A stretch of 57,801 nucleotides of DNA, the filler included, from Dugesia japonica (Eukaryota), in assembly GCA_001938525.1 (NCBI GenBank). It is 5 parts of 5 records of this genome, joined end to end, with 100 filler letters (N's around TTAATTAATTAA, not from the genome) between each part and the next. Parts side by side here need not be neighbours in the genome. Positions count along the whole stretch, not along the records: positions 27,147 to 37,804 come from MQRL01183985.1; positions 37,905 to 47,755 come from MQRL01575428.1; positions 47,856 to 57,801 come from MQRL01432068.1; 2 more parts are not named here. One strand, given 5' to 3'. Positions 36,810 through 49,119 of this stretch are shown here, in pieces (the first letter of the stretch is position 1; every line of letters begins with the position of its first letter). The notes below the pieces were generated by a model. That model was not told where the DNA came from, did no database searches, and worked only from the letters and a program-made list of their open reading frames with translations. The position numbers and the translations under genes were made by a program.

Positions 36810-37804
36810 GAAACACTCATCACTTACAGCATTTTTATCGATGAACAACTTTTTAAACAAAAAAGTAGTCTCGCAATGGGTAACAATTTGTCTCCTATTT
36901 TAGCGATAATTTTTATGAACTTTATTGAAAATAAAATTGTTCTCAAAGCTAAGAAGAAGAAACATCTTTGGGTCAGTAATATAGATGATATTTTCTTTAT
37001 TACTAATTCTCCTTTAAAAATATTGTGGAACTAGCGAATAGTATTAATAATAACATCAAATTAACTTAAGAGAAGTCAGTCGACTTTCAGATTCATTTTC
37101 TGGACACCTTAATCCAAAAGAAACTTGGTGAAGTATTAACTAACCAGTTAAATATGAAACAATTATACAGTGAACAGCTATTACCCTGGAGTAGTAATAC
37201 TACCATCAGACAGAAAATTGGAATAATCAAGTGTAAAAGATTATAAGAGCTGAAAGACTATTTATAAATGAAGAAATAAGATTGACTTCACTCAGGTTGA
37301 TTAAAAAATAAAATTTCTATATAATGGTTACCCAATCGTATCTAAATATTTATCCTCAAATACAAAATTTAATAAAATCAAACAAAAGACAAACACAATA
37401 ATTAAAAGACCTTTTATTAATGAGAAATGTAGCCAAATCATGGAAAATATAATTTAAAAATCAAAACTCAAACACAATCCGAGAATTATATTTAAAACTC
37501 AAGCACTTTTGGGTATCCAATTACAGAAACCAAGACAGAACTTTCGTGGTTCCACATGCATTTGTGATGGTAGAAATATATGCAATTAAAAAAATATCAC
37601 TTAAAAAATAACATAAACCTTATGTAAGGATACATATATAGGAGAAACATGCAGAGCCATCCGTACAAGAATTAAAGAACATCTCAAACAGAAAGAAAGT
37701 GAAGTCTTCAAATTCTTTCAACAGAAACATAATATTTTACCAGAAAAATATCATATTACATGGAAAACATTAGGAACAGGCTACATTTCTACACTTCACA
37801 GAAA
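36810..37804 (+). mobile_element. Penelope-like element family 2 (RT + GIY-YIG), 5'-truncated
   Basis: LAMGNNLSPILAIIFM, NIDDIF, FLDT; YIGETCRAIRTRIKEHL. Confidence 0.9.
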
Positions 37805-37904
37805 NNNNNNNNNNNNNNNNNNNNNNNNNNNNNNNNNNNNNNNNNNNNTTAATTAATTAANNNNNNNNNNNNNNNNNNNNNNNNNNNNNNNNNNNNNNNN
37901 NNNN
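37805..37904. other. Artificial contig linker
   Basis: N-TTAATTAATTAA-N, 100 nt. Confidence 0.97.
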
Positions 37905-38159
37905 ATTATTTTATTTATTTATTTACAGTAATACTGTGACACCTGTCTGTACTCTGTACTCTCAGTACACTATAATTATTTATTTTTTATTGATGTTCCA
38001 TACGTTGTCTTCGTACTTTAAAGAATCAGCTAATGACGTCATTATTTAATACTTGGCGTCTTGTTGTTTTACTTGAAACTTGTTGTTTTATGCGAGTAAA
38101 CGAAAACAAAAATTTTGACAAAAATTTAAAATCCCTTTTCATATATTTCTGGCTACGCC

Positions 38160-38545
38160 ACTGATCTGCATTTCAATGCAACTCCCCTTTTCGATATTCC
38201 ATTTTCATGTCCAAACTGCTCAAAAATTTAAGCCGTGTTTGACACTGTGGCGTTACCGGTTTTATTGTATTTGTCATAAACATAATTGCTTTATGATCCT
38301 TTTTAATCAAAAATTTCCTTTCATATAAATACTGCCTAAAATGTTGAGTAAAATAATAAATAGCCAACAATTTGTACCTAGTTATGCAATACCCTAACTC
38401 GTATTTGGTCATCAGCTTAAATTCATAAGCAATAACACGTTCGAATCCGTGATCATAGCTTTGTGATAAAACTATACCTATTGTGTCCAATCTTGCATCA
38501 GTATTTAAAATTAAATACACAATAATTCCTCCAAAACTCAAAATT
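38160..38545 (-). mobile_element. Gypsy RNase H fragment
   Basis: ILNTDA...IGIVLSQ...ERVIAY...YCITRYKLLAI...FRQYL...DHKAI...YRKGELH. Confidence 0.88.
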
Positions 38546-38989
38546 GGAGTGATTTTGTCTGATGATTACGGTTTCTCCGCCAAAATATGTAACAATTAAG
38601 TCTTATTTTAAATGGAGTTATTTATATTCTAATATCTTCTTTATGTTTCTTCAATATACACATAAGCGGACTATTCCATTTCGATTTACATTTCTTTATA
38701 ATTTATAATTTTTTACGTTACAGTAAATATTTACAGAGAAAAAAAGTAATGCACTAAAAAGATCTACAATTTAACAAATACAATATGAATAAATTACAAA
38801 TAAATTTAGAAAATCTTTTTTGGCTCTGATACAAAAATTACAATTGACTAATTAATTAATTATCTTTAATTTTTAGCTTTTAAAAATTTCGCCTATCATA
38901 AATTCCTTACAATGATAATAATAATAATGATAATAATAATGATAATAATAATATTAATAATAATAATAATAATAGTAATAATAATAATT

Positions 38990-39800
38990 TAAATAATCAA
39001 AAGAAAATGGTAATTTTTTAATAAAAACTTTGAAAAGCCATTTAAATATATATTTTTGTATAACATGTTTCGACAGAATAATTGTCATCTTCGGATACAA
39101 TAATTAAATTCTTTTTTGAAAATTCTTAATTGAAACAATATATATTCCTTTTTTTTAATTTTTTAAAAATTGCTTATATATAAAAAAAATCGGATTATGT
39201 AAACAATTATGTAATCATTCCAATAAATCAAATTAATTAAAAACATTTAATAAAGATTTAGAAAGACTAGTTCAAACATTAATTTTTGGATTAATTGATC
39301 TAATCATCAACGCTTTACATATGACTTTCTCCCAATAATTAGTAATAATACTTCATCTACCAACTTGACGATGCTCTTGAATTCTTGTACAGAGATGACT
39401 GGAAGTTTTTCAAATGTATTTGGCATTACACCCATTACATTCATATTTATAAACAAGATCAGAACACAACTGAATTGGTGTTTTAGATTTATTACTAAAC
39501 ATATTTATGATTTTATAAGATTGCGAAACAATTTTAAAATTCAAAGAGTCATTTCTATATTTTAATAACCCATTCTTAAATTGTTTAAATCCTTCTAATT
39601 ATTGAATAGTTAATACGTAACTAAACTTATCTATCTGATCTGGGTCTTTGATAATATTTTCACAATTTAAATTATTACTACCATTATTATTGACATCCTT
39701 AATTTCATTATTATGTTTATAAACGATCTTATCGATAGTTTCACGATTTAATTTTTCCCCAATTGATTTACAATAACCTTTTTTGATTTAGTAAAGAAGT
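38990..39800 (-). mobile_element. Penelope-like element family 1, GIY-YIG and 3' end
   Basis: LVYKYECNGCNAKYI*K/SHLCTRIQEH; the 3' region is an inverted copy of 40090-40395. Confidence 0.8.
39056..39100 (-). ncRNA. Minimal type I hammerhead ribozyme-like motif
   Basis: UUGUAU-CCGAAGA-U-GACA(auuauuc)UGUC-GAAA-CAUG-UU-AUACAA: 6-bp stem I, 4-bp stem II, palindromic stem III loop; core reads CCGAAGA instead of CUGAAGA. Confidence 0.72.
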
Positions 39801-39839
39801 TAATATACCTCTTGCTTCTACTTTAGTTTCTTTGTTTTT

Positions 39840-40395
39840 GTTGAATATTGAGGAAATGATTGATTTGTTTATTGGAAATAAACCACTAGTATATAAACGC
39901 TATGTGGATGATATATTGCTGGTTCCTAATAACTTAGTAAATATTTAACCATTTCTAAACTAAATAAATTCGTTGCATAACTACCTTAGATTGAATACAG
40001 AAATAATAATATTGCCTAACATAATTTTAATTGCATATCAGTTATCAGTATAAATAATTCTAAAATTTTGTGCAAAAACTTTAAAGATTATTGGAGAGAG
40101 TCATATGTGAAGCATTGGTTATTAGATCAATTAATACAAAAATTAACGTTCAAACTGGTCTTTCTAAATCTTCATTGAATATTTTAATTTAATTTGATTT
40201 TCTTGGAGAGTTTCATAATTGCTTACATAATCAGAATTTTTATATTTAAGCATTTTTTAAAAAAGAATTAAAAAGAAGAAATAAATATTGTTTTAATAAA
40301 GAATTTTAAAAAAAGTATAAAATATAAAGTTTAAATGGTGTTTCAGAGTTCTCATTAAAAAATTGTTGTTTTTCTTCGATTATTGAAATTATCAT
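39840..40395 (+). mobile_element. Penelope-like element family 1, RT fragment joined to the 3' end
   Basis: KPLVYKRYVDDILLV, NSLHNYLRLNTE, CEALVIRSINTKINVQ. Confidence 0.8.
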
Positions 40396-40904
40396 TATTG
40401 TTGTTAATATGATCTTGGGGCACAGGAAATTGTCCGGGAGAGTAGTTAATTATTCAGGATATAAATTAACTATCTGGGATAGCAGGTGAAGCATAATTCG
40501 GCTTGATTTAAACAAAAATCATCAAACGCCCTTGATGTAAACAAATTAAAATTTCCGATCGATTGCGAAATAATTTTGTAATTTTTACGTATTATCATAT
40601 TGATAGCATCTTATCACAATGTTATGTATTACGTAATAAGCTAAACTCATCTTGATTGGCTGGCGAAAGGGGATTCTAACTAACTCTCTGATATCTACAA
40701 CTAAATTTTAATTTTTAGGAATAATTTTTACTTTTTCATTAAACGTTTTTGTAGATTAAATGAATGAAAACTGAATTTAAAAATTATTCTATACCTAATC
40801 AATGTCTAATTCAAATAAATGAGTTTCATTGGATGATAAATAATTGGATGAAATACAATTAACTATTAAAGATATTTGACATTTCATATTTTTTATTGTA
40901 ATCC

Positions 40905-41954
40905 ATGTCTTTACTTTGCTTAAATAATACGGAAAATGAAACATTTTATTTCAAGTCCAGTAAAGTAATTTTAATGATGTCGGAAATTTATCATGTTCAT
41001 CATCCGATTATCTCTCTTTCTTCATTGAGTATTGGTTTGATTTTATCAATTTTCAATATTGTTATTCTCAATATTAAAAATATGTTAACTCCAACCACGT
41101 ACATGTTAACACGAATCGGTATTATGGATATTTTTACAATGGTGATTTATATTCCTTATGTGCTGTATTTCCATGTTTTTAATCCGTGTGATATTTATCG
41201 TGGAATTGTAAAAAAATGGGCTGCGTATTTTTTATTTGTTTATATCATTATTGTTAACCTTAGCCATTGTACTAGTATTTGGCTCGCTATAATGCTGTCG
41301 GGATTTAGACTTCGGTGTTTAAGGCAATTAAATTTCAATATTGTTTCAGCTTGGAAACAAGTCAAATTTTTATCATGGATAGTTTTGATAGTCACTTGTT
41401 TCATAAGTGTTTTGAATTATTTCACGATCAACTTGGTAAAATATAAGGATCCGAGTTATGGAACAATTTATTCCATTAAAATGTCTAAACATTACTTAAT
41501 TGGTATACAAGCATTGATTATTAAACTTTTACCATCAATCATTCTTACGATTCTAGCGGGAGCAATAACTTATGAGTTAAAGAGATTTATACGATTGGGA
41601 AAATGTATTGGTAAACAAAGACATATAAGCAATACAACATACACTCTGATTGCTTTAGTACTTTTATTTATTTTCCTCGAATCTCCACAAGGCATAATAA
41701 TATTTATCAGTTCATTTGATATGTTGTTTTTTAATGAAATCTACAATCCGTTAGGAGATATGTTAGATCTCATGACAATTATTCGAACTATTGCCAATTT
41801 CTGTATGTATTGCATCATGGATAGACGATATCGGAATATATTTGTCAATATCATTTGTCCTTTTAGAAAACTCAAAACTCAAGAAAAGGATTACGCTCTT
41901 TATCCATTATGTAAAAGGAAATTCAGTTTACCGAATTGTAAAATGAATAAATAA
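40905..41954 (+). CDS. Rhodopsin-family peptide GPCR, DMSR/myosuppressin-receptor-like, intact single exon
   Basis: 349 aa with seven hydrophobic segments; TPTTYML...DIFTMVIYIPY, HCTSIWLAIMLSGFR, TTYTLIALVLLFIFLESPQGI, LGDMLDL, NFCMYCIMDRRYR. Confidence 0.92.
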   Translation: MSLLCLNNTENETFYFKSSKVILMMSEIYHVHHPIISLSSLSIGLILSIFNIVILNIKNMLTPTTYMLTRIGIMDIFTMVIYIPYVLYFHVFNPCDIYRGIVKKWAAYFLFVYIIIVNLSHCTSIWLAIMLSGFRLRCLRQLNFNIVSAWKQVKFLSWIVLIVTCFISVLNYFTINLVKYKDPSYGTIYSIKMSKHYLIGIQALIIKLLPSIILTILAGAITYELKRFIRLGKCIGKQRHISNTTYTLIALVLLFIFLESPQGIIIFISSFDMLFFNEIYNPLGDMLDLMTIIRTIANFCMYCIMDRRYRNIFVNIICPFRKLKTQEKDYALYPLCKRKFSLPNCKMNK

Positions 41955-42539
41955 AATAACTCATTTTTTAATCAACTATGACATCATTTCAATAGTGTAA
42001 ATCAAAAGCGAAATAATCTTTTTAAATTATTTTTTTAAAAAAACCATTTTAAATCATCATCGATTTTAACTACTCACCGAAACAAATGAAATTATTTTGT
42101 TATAATATTTGATTAAGAAATTGAATATTTATAGATTTTCTTTTATTATTTATTTTTATTGCAAATATTTTAATTATTTTTGTTTAAATGGTATTTTATG
42201 AAATATGAAAATAAATTAAACAAGTCATTAATGTTTTGGTAAAATTAAAATATCTATTTTATATTGAAATATTTTTGATATTAATAAAAAATATTTGAGA
42301 ACAATTATGGCGAAATAAATAACTTTTAAACAAAATGAAGAAAATAAAATACATCATCATTTGATTTTTATTATATTCACTTTCTTGAAACTGAATATTT
42401 AAACAACTAGATTATTTTTAATTTCATATTATCAATTATTTACAAATTCATAAAATAACAAATATGCGAATATTTACATTTACAATTTATAAAAATTAAA
42501 ATATGCGCTTATCAAACTAGATGAATATTTTTATCAGCA

Positions 42540-44720
42540 TTAATTTGGCAGTGAATTGAGGGCTAATTCTTCTTTTTCTTTTTCAAGATTGAGCTCGTGA
42601 GAATCCATGAATTCATGGTAGCTTGGAAAGTTATTGACCAAAGTAAGAAAATTGTGACAACGACAGATAGTTCTGCTCCAGTGAACGATGGAGGTTTGGT
42701 TGTTTTCTCTGATAGTAAAGAGCGCAGAATTTTTCATCTACCTAAACATATAACGACAAACGTGTTAAGAGCGACTTTTCATCTTGGTATGGCTAATTGG
42801 AGTCCTGCTCGGAGGTTCTTCTATTTGTCTATATTTGCTTGGTGAATATTTTCCATGGATTTTGGGAAATCATAAGGGGTTTTCATGTCTTGGTTTCGCG
42901 TTGAAGGTCCACTCGGAGTTGAATGAGAAATACAATTTACTGCGGTATTTACTTTCATTATATGCATGTTAGGATGCTTAATGTTTAAGATTTGGAAAAC
43001 AATCTGAAGTATGACATTGTGTCTGTTAATGAGGGATCACCTTGTTGCTTGATAATGGCATTGAACATCACATTGAGTCTCTATGGATGATCGACAAATT
43101 CGGTGCAGGTTTTCAGTATTTTGAAATCGAAGTTAAGAGAAATCTTGTAGCAAATTATTTATTGCCAGATGGATGAAGAACCAGTCTAAGATGTTTATCC
43201 AATTGGGATTAATGATTTATGTAGAGATGGCCATGGTACATTTACCAGTCTTAATTTGCTTAAAACATCTAATAAATTAACTAGATGCATTTTCTCCGGC
43301 TGCATTATTGAGCTAGTTTAAGGTTTCTACAATTGCAGGCAACTTGAAATATTTGAGAGGTGTTTTCGCAGCTTTTCGAACACTGCAGATCAATATATAG
43401 GAGGAGATAGTGTCTGTACAAATAAAGCTGCAAATTGTGTGCTTTACTGAATGAATAGCATATTCTGATATAGCAGAAATAAGGCCTATACTATCAAGAG
43501 GGATTGGAGCATAAATATTTTCCTTTGTAGTAGATGTTTGAAGGCCACAAAATTTCTTAATAATTCTTCTGATCTCCATATCAAGGCCCATACGAAAGAC
43601 AGTCAAAAGAGTATCTGCGCTGTTAGTATTTTTGAATTACTGATTAGATATGTTTTCGCTACAAAAGAAGACTAAACGGAAATGGATAAAGTTTGGCATA
43701 TATTTTTACCAAGACAGAAGGGTTGATTCTTGAAGTTATTCTAGGTCTTCAATTACAAATTTAAAGATAACAACTGGTGTTTATTTTGGATTATTGTCAA
43801 TATTGATAATTAAACATTGGTAAGTGTCTGAAAAGAAAACATTGGGGATTGGCATTCCTGAGAGCTTGTTGTTAAGGTTATCAATGTTGTGTAATGTTTG
43901 ATACCCGCATGTAGATGGATTAAAGAAGGGTCAACTACAAGATGACTATAGAGTAGAAGAGTCTGCCATTTCTTGAGGTTTTACATTGTTGTTTGCTATT
44001 AGAACAATATCGTCGGCGTAGACTAACAAAAAGATTCTTTGCGAAAAGATGAGTATGCCTGCATTGCCTAACATGTTACATTCGTAATTCAATGTTGAAA
44101 ACTATTATAGATAAAAGACAGCATTGATGCACATTACGTGTAACAGAAATGAACGGGTTAATCAAATTATTGCAAATGTAAACCGAAGTGCAGCTATTGA
44201 TTGATTGATCAATAATGGCAGAAAAAAGAAAAGAAATACTCATTTATTTGTGTATACCAATTATTTCCGAAATTAGGATGGATCCAAAAGAATCCGAGAT
44301 GTTTATGTAGGCTAGGTGGAGTTCTCTAGATAAAAAAAACGAAATTTGATTTATTAAACAATGTTAGGACTAAACCCAACAAACAGGTCACAATAGGCAT
44401 AGAAGAATCCATTACCTCGTTTTTCTTTTTTATAACTACTTTTAGCAAACACTTAAGACAAAATATTAGCTCAATTTTCACATATGATTAGCACAATAGG
44501 TAGTATTGAACCTGTATTCGTTAATCACATGATCTAGAAATATTCCATGATTGGTTTTTATCATTTTTTGTATTAACACTTTTGATAGGAGTTTTATTTA
44601 TTTTGTATTGAGTCTAATGACTTTGAGAGCTTTTTGGTTTTCTAGATCCCTTGATTCAAAAGTTCTGATGAATATTGCATTAAACGTAACTTCTTTATGG
44701 TAATTGGCCACTCAACTCTT
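42540..44720 (-). mobile_element. R2/NeSL-type non-LTR retrotransposon (RT, CCHC knuckle, RLE), heavily decayed
   Basis: LHLAYINISDSFGSI, LVYADDIVLIA, IYAPIPLDSIGL, RICRSSIETQCDV...INRHN, LRVDL. Confidence 0.75.
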
Positions 44721-45584
44721 GCTAACCTGTTTATACTTATTTTTGTTGACTGTTCTCACTTTTTTGAATCTCACTTTTTTGGTTCTCAGTTTTGCAACAA
44801 AAAGCAAATATAGTAAATATTTGATTAATAAACTAGGGAAGATTCAGAAAGATGTGATGGAGCACTATCCATTAAAGATAAATGCTATATAACCAACCTA
44901 TGCTGCTTTAATGAAGAGAAATAATTATAGAGAGAGAATTTGTACAAAAAAAATACATTATAAAACTTAATCGAGGTTTAAAAAACTGAAAATTATGGAA
45001 GAAATAATTGACTGTGTATAATAATAACATCAATGAACAAAATTATGTTTAACATGTTATACTTGAATATCAGATGTTCTTTATGTTAACAGAATAGTCA
45101 CCTAAGAAGAAAGTGGTGTAGACATACACAAAAAAACCAAATAATTATGTTCACAATAATCAATGCAATGACGAAATATACCGAATTTTTCTATTATTAC
45201 GAATTTTTCAAGTCAATTATGAATTAAATTATTTTATTTCATTGGTATTCTTTAATTAAATAAATAAATAGTTTTGTGTTAAATTAAATATCAAGAATAA
45301 AAATTTTTTAATTGAAGAGGTAAAACGTAAATAATTTAATAAAAATAATTAATTAAAATCTTTAGATTCCTTGTTAATATTATAACTATGTGGGTTTCTT
45401 TGCTACGATTTGAGGTATCTTTAATTTAGATTTGTTAGATTTGTTGTCTGTTGAACCTAATTTTCAAAAAAATATAATTTTCGCATAGATTCGAAAGATA
45501 TGGATTACTTTTCAAATATAATTGTATTCATTAATTTTTATAATTTGATTTTATCATTTGATACTTAAGTTGCATGACTAATAT

Positions 45585-45601
45585 TATTAATATTATTATT
45601 A

Positions 45602-45652
<51 letters not shown>
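45585..45652. repeat. (ATT)n microsatellite running into a gap
   Basis: Directly visible. Confidence 0.95.
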
Positions 45653-45762
45653 NNNNNNNNNNNNNNNNNNNNNNNNNNNNNNNNNNNNNNNNNNNNNNNN
45701 NNNNNNNNNNNNNNNNNNNNNNNNNNNNNNNNNNNNNNNNNNNNNNNNNNNNNNNNNNNNNN

Positions 45763-46890
45763 GTTTAAATTTTGTATTTTGTGTTTTGGGTTGTGAGAAC
45801 TATTTGAAATTGCTTGAATTGATCAGTTGAAATTTTTAGAAACTTGTAATTATTATTTTTTTATTGCAGTTGTAATTTATTTGGTTCATGTTAGAATTTA
45901 TTTAAATAAACTTTGTATTAAATTGTTAATTCTTTGGTATTTATTAATCTTTCTAAAAGTATAATTTTCAAACCTTTATTATTATATTTAATAACTATAT
46001 TTATTATTTCATGAGTAAATCAGAAGAAATTTTAGGGAGTTTAGGTTATCCTAACATGAGGGCAGTGGTAAACACCGACACGATTACCGAACGTCTGCTT
46101 GTAAAAATATTTCCCAAAGGTTACAATATTGAGCGTTTTATTAAGAGATGTGAGATATTTTTTTATGCAAAGAGAATTTTTCAGAAAAAAGACCAAGAAA
46201 GATTAGTCGGTCGTATGCGGGAAAGTCGGTCATATTAGAAGATAGTGCCCAGAGAGGTGATGTAACTGTGGGAACCATCGGACGAAGAATTGTTACGGAA
46301 ATACTGGAAGACGACAAATGGGGATAGAATAGAAATAAATGAACAGAGGTGACGATATAATCAGTTAAACATGATTGAAGAAGAAAACAGGAGAAAGGAA
46401 CGACAGTTTGATAGAGAATCCGAAGAGGAAAAATAGGAAAACCTGTCCAAAACAAATGAGCTCCGCCAGTAGATGAGTTGGTTGGAACCGTATATTAATA
46501 GAAAGACCGGTTGAGTGTCCTCAGGTAGCAGAGAAGTTGGAGAATGTTGGCAAAGTGGGGAGAAGGTTTATTGGTTTATGAAGAGAAGGAATTTTGTTAG
46601 TGAGGATGAAGTTGAGATAGTGGGGGCCATAGAAGAGGGACAAAAATTATAATAGGTTATAATAGGTTTCAAGGTAGACCTGGTGTCGATGTGTATTCAT
46701 GGATATAGAAACACTTCAGTTGTGATTACTAACAGAGAATTCAAAGTGTGCGATTTTGTACTCATCAAAGTAGAAACAAGAAATAAAATTCAAGACAGAT
46801 CTTGTCTAGTAAATGAGAAAATTCACGAAAGACTGTTTGCAGTACAAAGAGAAAATGGACAGGGATAAGAAAGAAATGTGGAAAATTTGT
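45763..46890 (+). mobile_element. Gypsy family B: LTR part, PBS, gag start and INT C-terminus; internally deleted
   Basis: 45765-46018 is similar to 48175-48423; MRAVVNTDTITERLLVKIF; FKVCDFVLIKVETRNK...RNVENL. Confidence 0.85.
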
Positions 46891-47755
46891 GTTTAATATT
46901 TTTATAAATATAATTTTAGCAACTGAAAGCCGTGGTTTTTAAGTCTTGTTTTTTAGAAACCCTACTATTATTAACAGACAAAGATAAAATAATTAGAGCC
47001 TATTATTAATAAGAAAAAAGTTCAAACAGATTCAGTAAAAACTGAAAATATTAAAAAGTAGAAAGTACTGTCTTGCACCGACATAATGTCTACCTCAAGA
47101 AGAAAGTGAGTATGTTTTAGACACAGATACTTCCAACAACTTTGTAGGAACCACTTTATCTTAGATACAAGATAACGAACAAGAAGTAAGTGCTTATGTG
47201 AACAAATCTTTAATAAAGTGTCAACGTCAAAATTGTAAAGATTTCAGTTTGCCCGGATTATGAAACATTAAAAGGTTAAGTAATTTTGAAAATAAATTAA
47301 ATAAATTGAATTTTTATTCTAAAACAATTATTTTATCACTTTCTTTTAGTGTTATAAGTTTTTTATTTTATTTTCGCAATCAATCTTGTTATGTGTTAAT
47401 GTTAATGTTACTGACTATTTTTCAAAGGCTTACTTTGAGGATATGACTTTCATTAAAAAATATTAAAATATATTTACAGCTTATTTTTGTATACAGCTTA
47501 CTGAAAATAACAAGATAATTTAAACAAATAAATTTTAATTTTAATAATACTTTCAATAATTTATTATGAAACCAAGAAAGTTAGCTCTTTTATTAATCAA
47601 AATAATAAATTATACTAAGCATGCTAAATAATGATATTTAGTAAAAATTTATTCATTAAAATAATATCCTCTACATTCAAATAAACTTATTCAACAGTTT
47701 ATAAATCACTTTTTTAAATAACATTTCGAATCTTTTGAAAACTTCGAATCTTATT

Positions 47756-47855
47756 NNNNNNNNNNNNNNNNNNNNNNNNNNNNNNNNNNNNNNNNNNNNT
47801 TAATTAATTAANNNNNNNNNNNNNNNNNNNNNNNNNNNNNNNNNNNNNNNNNNNN
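47756..47855. other. Artificial contig linker
   Basis: N-TTAATTAATTAA-N, 100 nt. Confidence 0.97.
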
Positions 47856-48129
47856 AAATTAATTTAAATAAAAAAAAATTAAAAAATACAAAAATTTTTA
47901 ATAATAAAGAACTTACAATATTAAGCATTATAGCTCTTAAACTTATGATAGTGTATGTAATATATTCGTATAGGTACTGATACTATTTTTAGTGATACTA
48001 TTTTTATGTATTGGTAATGATATTTACATCCATTTGTGGTGATATCGGTATGTGGAATCAATTTCTACTAGGAATTAAATAAATTAATAACTTCAAAAAT
48101 AATAATCATCATAATGATAATAATAATTT

Positions 48130-49118
48130 TAAGGAATTTATGATGGGGAATTTTTTTTAGGAAGTTCTGGTTTGTTTAAATTTTGTGTTTTGGTGCAGAA
48201 GAAGATTTTTGAATTTGCGAAAATTATTTGAAAATTGTATTTTTTTGTTATTGCAGTTGTATTGAATTTTTTTTATTCAATTGTATTGAAGCAGGTTAGC
48301 ATTTATTTAAATAAACTTTTGTATTAAATTGTTAATTCTTTGATATTTATTAATCTGTTTAAAAGTATATTTGTCAAAGTTTTATTGTTATAGTTAATAA
48401 TTATATAATTACTTCATGAGTAATTACTCAATAACCGAACGTCTGCTTCCAAAAATATTTTGCAAAGGTGACGATATTGAGCTTTTTATTAAGAGATGTG
48501 AGCTATATTTTGATGCAAAGGGAATTTGTCAGAAAAAAGACCAAGAACGGTTAATTTTATGCTTATTGGATGAAGATTTAGTAGAAGAATACGTTAAGAA
48601 AGCGAAGAAAACAGAGGGGTTTCAGTCCCGTTTGCGTCTGGCTTTTGAAACAGATAAAGACAGTAGAAGATTTACAGAATTTTTTCAATTTTAAACGAAG
48701 AAACGTGGAAGTGGCATCATATATAAAGAAAGTAGAAAATTTGGTAGGAAAAATATTTGATAATAAAGAGTTTACAAAGGAACAGTATATTGCCAAAATG
48801 CTTGTTTTTGGTGCTGAAAATAGGAAGATAGAAGAAGAAGTAGTGATGAGATAACTAGAAACATTAGAAGAAATTAAAGAAACATTATTTTGTTGGATCG
48901 AGTAGAGCAGAAAAGGGAACAAGTTAACCTATTACGCAGTTATGCGATAATTGTAAGTACACAACGAGCGTAACCGAGAGAGTTTAGAGATGCCAGACAA
49001 CGGAATAGAAGTGAAGACAAAAGAGCAAGAAAATGTTGAATATGCCATAAAGTTGGTCATTGAAGAGAGCATTTTTCTGTGAAAGAAGTACAGGAATGTT
49101 GGTCGTGTCAGACGTACG
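48130..49118 (+). mobile_element. Gypsy family B LTR part and gag, cut at the zinc knuckles
   Basis: ITERLLPKIFCKGDDIELFIKRCELYF...RLRLAFE...; CWSCQTY immediately before Penelope sequence. Confidence 0.88.
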
Positions 49119-49119
49119 A

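Noticed and set aside
45574-45768. Poly-Tyr ORF
   Set aside because: (ATT)n microsatellite plus an N gap.
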